This document shows, one piece after another, positions 55,291-64,000 of a stretch of 64,000 nt of DNA; position 1 is the first letter of the stretch, and every line of letters starts with the position of its first letter. The stretch spans positions 3,968,001 through 4,032,000 of the forward strand of contig CAKKNE010000003.1 of assembly GCA_918797485.1 (NCBI GenBank), written 5' to 3'. The translations under genes were made by a program, and so were the position numbers. This DNA is from Pelagomonas calceolata. Taxonomy: Eukaryota. The notes under the pieces are model-generated. The model was given only the letters and a program-made list of their open reading frames with translations. It was not told the DNA's origin and made no database searches.

Positions 55291-56898
55291 TCACCGGTGC
55301 AGCGCGAGCGTCTCGTCGATCTCCCGCCCTAACGCGTCCGTGCACTGCGTGAGCTGGAGCGACCGCCGGAACGGGTTCTCGATCAACAGGCCGATTTCCC
55401 GCAGGCCCAAGAGCGCCCACGACGCGAGGCCGACGACGACGGGCAAAACGACGGCCGGCACGGTCGGCGCGAGGCAGAGCGGCAGCGTGAAGCACCACAC
55501 CGACAGGAAGCGCGACGTGTGCCGCGCGTAGTGCAACGGTACCGGTGTCTGCACGATCCGCTCGGCGCGCGCGATCGTGCTTCGTAGATCCGCGACGCGC
55601 TTGAGCAGGTACAACCGCTCTCTGACCGTAAAGGAGTCGTCGGGCGCGTACGATACACTTTTGATCTCCTGGGCGATCTTCGTCGTGATCGCGAGGGGCA
55701 TGTTCGAGGACCGCGCGACGGCGTCGCGCGTCTCGGCGCCCGCCCGCCGCAGCGCGCGCCACAAGTCTAGAGGCGCGTAGTAGGCCGCCAATTCTCGCAG
55801 CCCGACACCGGCTTCGGGATCTCTCGGAGCGTCGTATTTCAGGCGATGGAGCTGGTCCAACGCTTCCTCCGCCTTCAGATCCGTGGGCACGCCCAACGCC
55901 GCGGCGACCTCCGGGCTCTTCCTCAGCGAGCGCACGAAATCGTCGCGCGCGATGACTTCGCCGCTATCCTTACCGCCCATGCGCCGGAAGAGGCGCAGCA
56001 CCTCTTTTTCGCCGACGCAGGCCGCGTCCTTCGCCTCGGCCGCGCTCGGGGCGCCGCCCGACGTCGGCGAGAACCGGAAGCCCTGCAAATGGAGCTGCAG
56101 CGCGATCGGGAACGCTTTCAGGAGCGACGAAATTCGGTCCGCGCGCTGGACGCCGATTTCTCTCCGATATAAACCAGCAAATTCAACAACATCGCGCGCC
56201 GCCGTCGCGACGCTCCCAAAAATGCTCCGGCCGTCCCAGAATCGATTATACGCCGTGTTCGTTCTGAATACCAGTAATAGGGACAGCGCGCCACCGACGA
56301 GCGTGTGCATGCCCGTGCCGAGCGGCTTGACGAAGGGCCGGAAGACGCGGTACCACGCCGCCACCAGGGAGGACCACACGACAATTGACGCGAGCGGGTT
56401 GCTGATGCGTCTCAACACGTACGACTGCGGCCACGTCGAGAGGCAGTGGAGCCAGTCCTTCGACTGCGTCTTGCCCGAGGCGTCCGCAACCGGCGCGAAA
56501 CCGCCCGGTCTCCTCATTTCTAGGTCGAGGCCGAAGGACGAGCCCTCCTCGTCCTCCTTGGTCGTCGCCACATCGTCGACGACCGGAATCTCCAGCGCCA
56601 AGTATGGCTCAATGCTGCTCCGCGCGCCGAAAAGGCCCGACGGCGCCGCCGCCGACGCCGCCGCGTAGATCTTTTCGTCGTCGCCGGCGGTGTCCGAGTC
56701 GCTAATTTCGATTAGCGGTTCTGTGGCGGTGTAGCGGATGACGCTGCGCCGCGTAACCGCGCTGCGGCATGATTGGCTGAGCTGCGACGTGCTGGCAGTT
56801 GTCCGTAATTTTTGCGGAGTGTGGAGCGAAACGGCACCCAAGATCGCCGTCAACGCAATGAAGCACCGCAGGGGCCTCGTACGCGATGCAAAAGCCAT
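55291..56898 (-). CDS. Bestrophin-like (UPF0187) channel, probably plastid-targeted
   Basis: LSLLLVFRTNTAYNRFWDGR, ERIVQTPVPLHYARHTSRFL, EIGLLIENPF; signal + transit-like N-terminus. Confidence 0.92.
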   Translation of the reverse strand: MAFASRTRPLRCFIALTAILGAVSLHTPQKLRTTASTSQLSQSCRSAVTRRSVIRYTATEPLIEISDSDTAGDDEKIYAAASAAAPSGLFGARSSIEPYLALEIPVVDDVATTKEDEEGSSFGLDLEMRRPGGFAPVADASGKTQSKDWLHCLSTWPQSYVLRRISNPLASIVVWSSLVAAWYRVFRPFVKPLGTGMHTLVGGALSLLLVFRTNTAYNRFWDGRSIFGSVATAARDVVEFAGLYRREIGVQRADRISSLLKAFPIALQLHLQGFRFSPTSGGAPSAAEAKDAACVGEKEVLRLFRRMGGKDSGEVIARDDFVRSLRKSPEVAAALGVPTDLKAEEALDQLHRLKYDAPRDPEAGVGLRELAAYYAPLDLWRALRRAGAETRDAVARSSNMPLAITTKIAQEIKSVSYAPDDSFTVRERLYLLKRVADLRSTIARAERIVQTPVPLHYARHTSRFLSVWCFTLPLCLAPTVPAVVLPVVVGLASWALLGLREIGLLIENPFRRSLQLTQCTDALGREIDETLALHR

Positions 56899-57163
56899 TT
56901 CTTAGGGTGTTAGCTGCATTTATGCGGCAACGCACAGCCACCAATTGTCGCGCGTTCCCTGCATCTCGAGTCGCATCTCGGCGGTCCGCGTCTGGTAGGA
57001 TAGGTCATCACGGAGTCCCAGACGGGGTTTTGGGGGACCGACAAGTGAAAGCAGAGGGATCTGGGACGCCGTTGCGACGCTCCCCATCAACAAGAAGCAG
57101 AGGCGCGCCCCGCGGACGCGCGGTACACGAGCAGTAGAAGGACACCAAGCTTAGGCCCCCAAC

Positions 57164-59311
57164 CTACGACCAGATGCGGAACGTGCAGTCCGTCGACGTC
57201 GACACCAGTAACGTATCGGCGGGGTCGAAGCAGACCCCCTGGACGGCATCTTCATGTCCTCTACCACTCCATAGCACGCTCGACAGGTCGTCCGTCGAGT
57301 AGCCGTGCACGAGACCATCATCCCCAGCACACACGATCCTCGTCCCAGATCGGTCGAAGCAGACCTTGTTGACTGGGTGTGTCGACACGTGGATCGTGCC
57401 GATCTCCGTGACCGTGCGCACGTCCCAGAGCTTGACCACGCCGTCCGCGTCGCAACTGGCAACCACGTCGCCGCGCGCGTTGCAGGCGACGCCGTTGCAC
57501 GCGTTCGTGTGTCCATAAAAAGTCTGCACGCATAATGCCGACCGGGCGTCCCAGATCGACACGGTCTTGTCGCCGGAGGCCGTGCAGATGTTGTTCGAGA
57601 AGGGCTGCCAGGCGCAGGCGTTCACGCTGTCGACGTGGCCCCGCAGCGTCTGCCGACATCTCAGGGAGGACAGGTCCCACAATCTAGTCGTATGGTCCAT
57701 CGAGCACGACGCCAAAAAGTCACCGGTATGGTGGAACGCGCAGTCCCAGACCGCTTGCGTGTGGTCCGAGAAGGTGTGGGCGCAGGCGGCACCTGCGGGG
57801 ACGCGAACGCGTGACCGTCGCGGTCGCGGCGACGGGTTCAGTACACTGAGTCAGCACCGGCAAAATCCCAAATTTTGACCGTTCTATCTCCAGAAGCCGT
57901 CGCAAGATGACTGCCAGCAGGATGGAAATCAACCCCAGAAATCCAATCTCTATGACCTTCGCCGGACATGACCAGGTCGCAGTTCGGGACGGACCAGAGC
58001 TTCCAGGTGGCATCATCAGAAACAGTGGCCTGCGTGAGACCGACGTCGTCGCGACACCGCCTCCGTTCACTCACGCGACGCGTAGGCTCTCATGCGGCCG
58101 CGTCGACGGCGTCGAGGCGCCACGGCATCGCGACGACGCCATCGACGCGAATCAGAAAAGTTGGGAAACGAAAGGTCGGAAACGGACGCCGCGTCCGCAC
58201 CAGGATCGGTTTATGAGGGTGAAAAGCTGCAGCAGATACGGCGTTGACGTGGCCCTTGAAGGTCCTTCTCAACTGATACCGCTCGATGCCCGGCGGGTCG
58301 AAGGTTAAGGACGCGTAGGGGTTCGGCACCGAATCCCGAGGTGGCAGCTTCGAATCCGCGCCGCGCTTCGGCCGCGGCGGCTTCGGCGTGGCTGGGGCCT
58401 TCGTGGCCGCGGCCTTCTCGGCCTGGAGCTGCTGCACTTGCGCTTCTAGTGTGTGTACTCTAGCCTTGATCCGATCCCGCTCGAGCCGCGTGAGCATCTT
58501 CTCCTTCATGGCCACCTCGTACTTCTTCTGGAGGTCCTTGAGGGTCGGCTCGTACGACAGGTAGTGCTTCCGCAACCGCTGGAGGTCCGTCGTAAGCTTC
58601 GCTTTTTCCTGAACGACCTGCGGCGGTTTCGCGTGATGTGGGCGTCTGTTTGCGTCGCGAGGCGTCTCTATGTGATCGTCTCCACGAGAGAAGATGCATG
58701 GTGGTCTTCTTTCCGATTTTGGGCGGGATTTGAGCGATTCGAGGACGCCGCGATCGCACGCGCCGGTGGTGCATGCGATGGAAGTCGCGCTCCTTGCGGA
58801 ACTTGTCCCAGGTGCCCTGGGCTTTTTCGGTTATGATGCGCATCTTGTCGAGCTGCTGTTGTAAGGCTACTACTCTCTCATCGAGGTCCTGGTTCCGGAC
58901 ATATATGTCGGGAACCGTGTCCGTGTACACTTCGGCCAGCTTCCCCTTCTGCTGGAGGTCGTACCACTCGCTGTTGAAGTTATCTAGGGTCCTCGACATG
59001 CCCACCTTGATCAGGAAGTTGCGTATAAAATCGTCGACCACTTCAGGTCTGACTTGAGTTAACGTCGGTTTGGCCGCCGGTGTTCCTATGTCCCTTTGGG
59101 AGGCTACCGTGCTTCCGGCTCTTGATTTTTCGTCTAATCTTTGTACACTGGCAAGAGCGGCAGCGAAGTCTTCATCATCGTCGTCGTCGTCGTCCTCGTC
59201 GTCCGGCGCTTCGACGGCATCATAATCAAATTCGTCGGCCTCATCATCACTTATCTCATACTGTTCCACGACCTCGACCTCGTTCTGGGCGTCGAGGGCG
59301 GCCTCGTCCAT
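57164..59311 (-). CDS. SPAG16: Flagellar central-pair WD40 protein PF20/SPAG16; exons 59311-58760, 58617-58201, 58029-57858, 57792-57164
   Basis: RPEVVDDFIRNFL, KERDFHRMHHRR|VVQEK, HYLSYEPTL, WD40 repeats; three GT-AG introns restore the frame. Confidence 0.88.
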
Positions 59312-59761
59312 GGCGCTCGTGGGGCTGCCCTGTCCTCGCGGCTGCTGGGGCTGCCTCGCACGCGTCGCGCGGCAGCCTTTTTTTGGGTGAGCTGTGCGCG
59401 GTGGCTAAGCTGTAAGCTACCGGTGAGCTCGCGTCACTCACGTGCTTTGCTCGGGCCGGACGGCGCAAATTAGCCCAGCCGCTGTTGGATGAAACGCCCG
59501 ACGCCACTAGGCTTTGAACGCTAGTGTCCGTCCGGCAGCAGTCCTGGGCGGCCGGAGGAGTGCTCGTGCTGGGTCCACGCCTCGCTCGAACGCTGCCGCC
59601 GTTGGCTGGCCTCTCGAGAAGTTTGCTTTTGCCTTGCCTGCTCTCCGGCGCAAATAGGCACGCCCACGCGCTCCGCGAACGCAGAGCGGCGTCCAGCAGT
59701 GCGACGACGTACATATCTCCTCGCTGCGGCAGCGTGACGCCTGCTCCACGACGCACAGCGA

Positions 59762-60545
59762 ATGCGTTGCTCGTTCATCGCATTAGCTGCGCTTATTACG
59801 AGCGTAAACGGCCTATCCGCGACGCGCCGCCGCCTGCCCGTATCGCGCGAAGAGCCCGCGACGCGCGCTATCAAGAAGAACCTCGCCCGCGCCTTCGCGG
59901 TTCCACTCGTCGCCGGCGCTGCGTCTCGTGTAGAGCCAGTCCGCAAGCTCATGGCAGGATTCGACCGCATCCGCGTCGGCCTCGTCGCCGGCACCGTCGG
60001 CGCGGCCATTCTAGGAGGCTGCTACTTCATCTTCTCGTTCTGCGTCATGGACGCCTTGAATCAGCAAGACCCACAGACGGCCATCAATACGATGAACAGC
60101 ATCAACGTCGTCATCGTGAACCCCAAGTTCATCGCAGCATTTATGGGCACGCCGCTCATATGCTGCTGGCTGGTCGCCGAGGCCCTGGCGGTGGGAGTAG
60201 GCTCGTCGACGGACGTCGCGCTCATGCTCGGCCCGGCGTCCTTGCCGGGATCGCGCCGACGGCGTCGCCCTCACGCCGTCGACGCGACGCAGGTTCGGCG
60301 GCGCGCTCACGCTCATCGTCGGCGAGTTCCTCGAGACGATCATATGTCACATCCCGAAGAACGACGCCCTCGCGGCGCACAAAAAGGGCGGAAACGACGC
60401 CGAGGTCTGGGCGCGCTACTACACGTCCTGGACGGCCTGGAACCACGTGCGGATGGTCGCGTCCCTCGCGACGGTGGTCCAATTCTCGCTCGCGCTCTTC
60501 TACCGCGGGGCACGCCTCGGAGGCGGCTATGGCGGCCTGCCGTAA
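59762..60545 (+). CDS. DUF1772/anthrone oxygenase-like membrane protein with presequence; exons 59762-~60225, 60293-60545
   Basis: GCYFIFSFCVMDAL..MNSINV; after the intron HIPKNDALA..WARY..WTAWNHVR; donor is GC 60226 or GT 60238. Confidence 0.85.
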
Positions 60546-60796
60546 GTGTAGTAAGGATTGTGTACATGTGCTTTTCTCCTCCTCTAACATGTACCGTCAT
60601 AACACATTCCGTCGACGGACGATGTACACGCGTGTTCTTTCGAAATGCTAGAGTGTGTCGACACGCTAGCATCGACTCGGCGCGCCAAAAAGCTGCCTAA
60701 AAAGCTCGTACGAACCTCGTACGCGCGCGAGGTCTCGGCATCCACCCCGCACGCCATCGCCGCGCAGCTCTACGGCAGTAAAACAGAGCAGCAGCC

Positions 60797-61876
60797 ATGC
60801 CCTCCAAAGCCCAGCAGCGCTACCTGCTGGCCAGCGCCGTCGCGGGCGTCGCCGCAGCCATCAGAATCATCAGAAGACGCAACATCCACGTACCACCGCA
60901 ACCGCTCCCAGCCGATTTCCCCGTCACACCCAAAGATGTCGTCGACGCCGCGAAACGCGTCAGGCCGCACGTCCACCGGACGCCAGTCTTAACGTGCCAT
61001 GGCCTCGACGAGCTGGCCGGGCGCTCCCTGAAGTTCAAGTGCGAGGTCTTCCAGCGGACGGGGTCGTTCAAGATCCGCGGGGCCACAAATGCAGCTTTGC
61101 AAGCGCCCGAGAACGCGCCCCTCGTGACGCACAGTTCGGGCAACCACGCCCAGGCCCTGGCCCTGGCAGCTAGATCCACAAACCGCGAGGCCCACGTCGT
61201 CATGCCGCGGACGGCGCCGGCCGTGAAGCGCGCCGCGGTCGCGGGCTACGGGGCTCATATAACATTATGCGAACCTACCAACAAAGCAAGGGCCGAAGCC
61301 GCTCAAAAAAAGACCGAGGAGGTCCAAGGTTATTTTGTGCACCCGTCCAATGAACCTAGAGTCATCTCGGGACAGGGGTCGGTCGCGGTCGAATTTTTGG
61401 AGCAATGTTCGGACCTGGACGCGTTGGTCGTGCCGGTCGGCGGCGGCGGCCTCATTGGCGGCATTGCGGTGTACGCGAAGTGGAAGCGGCCTTCGTTGAA
61501 GATCATTGGGGCTGAACCGAAAAACGTGGATGATGCTTATAGGTCCAAACAGAAAGGTGAATTAGTAGGCCACGACGACCGGGATAGTGTGGCGGACGGC
61601 CTGAAGACGCTCCTGGGGTCGAACACGTGGCCCGTGGTCCGCGATTTGGTCGACGAAATTATCACTGTGGAGGAGAGCGAGATCAAAAAAGCGACGGCGT
61701 TAATATGGGGCCGCATGAAGCTGTGCATCGAGCCGTCGGCGGGCGTGGGCGTCGCGTGTGTCTTGTCCGAGGCGTTCCGGGCGAGGTATCCCGCGGACGA
61801 GTACGGGACGGTGGGGGTCATCTTGTGCGGCGGGAATTTGGATTTGGCGAAGGCTTCGGCGAAGCTGTTCGCGTAA
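60797..61876 (+). CDS. Serine racemase / PLP-dependent serine-threonine dehydratase
   Basis: FKCEVFQRTGSFKIRGA, THSSGNHAQA, PVGGGGL, IEPSAG, ILCGGNLD. Confidence 0.92.
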   Translation: MPSKAQQRYLLASAVAGVAAAIRIIRRRNIHVPPQPLPADFPVTPKDVVDAAKRVRPHVHRTPVLTCHGLDELAGRSLKFKCEVFQRTGSFKIRGATNAALQAPENAPLVTHSSGNHAQALALAARSTNREAHVVMPRTAPAVKRAAVAGYGAHITLCEPTNKARAEAAQKKTEEVQGYFVHPSNEPRVISGQGSVAVEFLEQCSDLDALVVPVGGGGLIGGIAVYAKWKRPSLKIIGAEPKNVDDAYRSKQKGELVGHDDRDSVADGLKTLLGSNTWPVVRDLVDEIITVEESEIKKATALIWGRMKLCIEPSAGVGVACVLSEAFRARYPADEYGTVGVILCGGNLDLAKASAKLFA

Positions 61877-62227
61877 GTTTAGTATGGATTGTACTGCTGT
61901 GTCTCGGTGCTGCGTCTCTATGCTGCGTCTGCTCGATGGCGTAGCATGCGGGTTGTGTCGAAGGCAAGCTTTCGGTTGTGGAAGCCGTCTCCTCTCGCGC
62001 TCCTCGACTCTCTGCGTACGTCCCAGAAGAGCGATTCATCGGCGAAAATAATTTAGCTAGTATCTTACCGGCGCTAGCTAATTACACAAGATCGACAGAC
62101 GCGCACTTTTTGTCCTTCTCACGCTGGCTGTGCGCCCTAAACTCGCCCGTTGAGTGATTTCCGACAAGCCTGTCTGTGCGGCCAGCCCTGGTGAAAGCGC
62201 GGTCCGCCCCGAAAGCGCAGCCGCGCC

Positions 62228-64000
62228 ATGCAGCTGCTGAATGTGCTAGCTCTCCTTTTCGGCTGCCCATGCGGCGCCTTCGCCCCGACGACGAGACGGC
62301 CCCGGCTCACGCTCAGGTCGACGCCGACGGAAGCCGAGATCGACGTCGACGCGCTGCGGGACGCCGTCGCCTGCGCCGAGGGCGATTGCGCGGCCCGCAC
62401 GTACCACGTCGACCAGCTCAAGTCCACGCTCGAAGCCGCCATCGGCGACCAGCTCGAGGCCCAGAAGGCCCTGGACGACGCGAAACGGGCGTTACGCGAC
62501 GGCGAGGCGCTCGACGCGCGGGCGCGCGCCGAGGCGGAGCGCCAAGCGGCGCGGGACAAGGCCGAGGCCGAGCGTAGAGAGTTGGAGGAGCGCCGCGCCG
62601 CGGAGGCCGCCGAGCGCGAGGCCGCGGCCCAGGCGGCGCGCGAGAGGGCGGACGCGGAGCGGCGCGCGTTCGAGGAGCGCCGCGCCGCCGAGGCGCAGGC
62701 CGCGCGCGACAAGGCCGAGGCCGAGAAGCGCGAGCTCGAGGCTAAGAGAATCGCCGATGCGGAAGCTAGGGAAGCGGAAGCGGCGGCCGCGAAGGAGCGC
62801 GCCGAAATCGAACGGCGCGAGCTCGAGGCGAGGAGAATAGCGGAAGCGGAAGCTCGGGAAGCGGAGGCGGCGGCCGCGAAGGAGCGCGCCGAAATCGAAC
62901 GGCGCGAGCTCGAGGCGAGGAGAATAGCGGAAGCGGAAGCTCGGGAAGCGGAGGCGGCGGCGGCGCGCGAGCGCGCGGACGCGGAGCGGAAAGCGCGCGA
63001 GGCCGCGGCGGCCGAGGCGCGCGTAACGGCCGAGCGCGAGCGTGCCGAGGCGGCGGCGCGCGCCGCGGCGGAGACCGCGGCGCGCGAGGCCGAGGCCCAG
63101 GCGGCGCGGGAGCGGGCCGAGCGCGAGCGCGCGGACCTCGAGGCCCGGCGCGCCGCCGAGGCCGAGGCCCAGCGCGTGGCGCGAGCCAAGGCGGACGCCG
63201 AGAGTGAAGCCAGGCGCAAAGCCGAGGCGGAGGCGCGCCAGGCCGAGATCGAGGCGAAGCGCGTCGCCGACGCCGAGGCCGCGCGGCTCGCCGACGTCGC
63301 GCGGCAAACTAAGGCCGCCGAGCGGCGCGACCGCATGGACGAGGTCAAAGCGAAGATCAAGTCGGCATCACGGAAAGGCAAGGCCGTCGGCCTGCCGGCC
63401 ATGCTCGGCGTGAATTTGAACTTCGGTCCTGACGACGAGGGCGGCGAGCAGGGCCCGAGCGACACGCCGGCGGCGGCGACGCCCGAGCCATCAACGGGCT
63501 ACGTCCCCGACGGCCTCACGAAGGAGCAGTACGCCGCGATCAAAGCCAAAGAACAAAAATCAACCAATCTGGGAGCGTGGGGTAGTAAAGTCGGCGGCGC
63601 GTCGGGGCCGCAAAGGGGCGACCTCATGTCGCAGCCCACCATCTGGACCGACCCGGCGAAGTTCTTCCGGGAAGATCAAAAGTTGAAATACGAGGCGGCC
63701 CAGTCCGACGCGTCGCGGCCGAACATCTACGCGTCGGGCGAGAGTTCTTTTGAGCAGTGGCAGTCGAAGCTGATCAACGACCTCTCGGCGAAGAAGCCTG
63801 AGCCGACGCCGGTCGCGGAAGAGGTGGATCCCGAGGCGGCGGAGGCGAAGAACCAGGAGATCGTGCAGGCGCTCGGCGCGGTCGCGGCGGCGGGCGCCGG
63901 GGCGCTCGTGGTTGCCGGAGTTGTGGAGGCCGAAGCAGCGATAGCGACCGGTACCGCGGCGGCGGCGGTGCTGGGCACGGTCGTGTCGTCGGCCGTGGCC
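62228..64000 (+). CDS. Plastid-targeted Ala/Glu/Arg-rich coiled-coil protein, 3'-partial (absent from the ORF track because no stop in window)
   Basis: ATG 62228 MQLLNVLALLFGCPCGAFAP presequence; open to window end; GYVPDGLTKEQY motif; hydrophobic segment near the end. Confidence 0.8.
   Translation, partial: MQLLNVLALLFGCPCGAFAPTTRRPRLTLRSTPTEAEIDVDALRDAVACAEGDCAARTYHVDQLKSTLEAAIGDQLEAQKALDDAKRALRDGEALDARARAEAERQAARDKAEAERRELEERRAAEAAEREAAAQAARERADAERRAFEERRAAEAQAARDKAEAEKRELEAKRIADAEAREAEAAAAKERAEIERRELEARRIAEAEAREAEAAAAKERAEIERRELEARRIAEAEAREAEAAAARERADAERKAREAAAAEARVTAERERAEAAARAAAETAAREAEAQAARERAERERADLEARRAAEAEAQRVARAKADAESEARRKAEAEARQAEIEAKRVADAEAARLADVARQTKAAERRDRMDEVKAKIKSASRKGKAVGLPAMLGVNLNFGPDDEGGEQGPSDTPAAATPEPSTGYVPDGLTKEQYAAIKAKEQKSTNLGAWGSKVGGASGPQRGDLMSQPTIWTDPAKFFREDQKLKYEAAQSDASRPNIYASGESSFEQWQSKLINDLSAKKPEPTPVAEEVDPEAAEAKNQEIVQALGAVAAAGAGALVVAGVVEAEAAIATGTAAAAVLGTVVSSAVA
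62726..62965 (+). repeat. 87-bp (29-aa) tandem coding repeats
   Basis: cggcgcgagctcgaggcgaggagaatagcggaagcggaagctcgggaagc at 62813 and 62900, diverged copy near 62726. Confidence 0.85.

Noticed and set aside
11301..62078. Recurrent 24-bp motif as a CRISPR repeat
   Set aside because: Dispersed single copies kilobases apart, no spacer array, no cas genes, eukaryotic context
62137..63465. 442-aa minus-strand Ser/Ala/Arg ORF
   Set aside because: Antisense shadow of the plus-strand gene starting at 62228, which has a clear presequence
1..64000. tRNA, rRNA or snRNA genes
   Set aside because: None recognised by eye; a covariance-model scan is needed to exclude them

Overview
Gene-dense, GC-rich eukaryotic nuclear DNA, not prokaryotic. 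It has spliceosomal introns (GT-AG and GC-AG), stramenopile-type bipartite plastid presequences (signal peptide + AF/AP) and a flagellar PF20/SPAG16 gene. A pelagophyte alga such as Pelagomonas/Aureococcus is inferred, not proven. About 35 protein-coding genes are supported, including DNA polymerase alpha, a USP deubiquitinase, a CNNM transporter, a cryptochrome/(6-4) photolyase, PTPA, a DHHC palmitoyltransferase, a peroxiredoxin, a bestrophin and a serine racemase-like enzyme. Several genes only assemble after removing introns located by hand. Main observations: (1) two introns are intact TIR-bounded introner transposons with 8-bp target-site duplications that donate the 5' splice site; (2) nearly every other intron carries CGGCGTCC 8-10 nt after the donor and an internal CGCCATCGACGCG motif; (3) a ~24-bp CTAG-bounded motif sits upstream of most genes; (4) a 2533-aa single-pass receptor joins FG-GAP and BspA/DUF285 ectodomains to an MLKL-like helical bundle, a TKL kinase and an SH3-like domain, a candidate algal immune/cell-death receptor; (5) also a U2A'-2xSAP fusion, a Cys-less LOV protein, a glycosyltransferase-sulfotransferase fusion, a head-on junction of two truncated genes and a 1.4-kb noncoding lower-GC island. 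Domain calls are from motif recognition by eye; no database searches were run.
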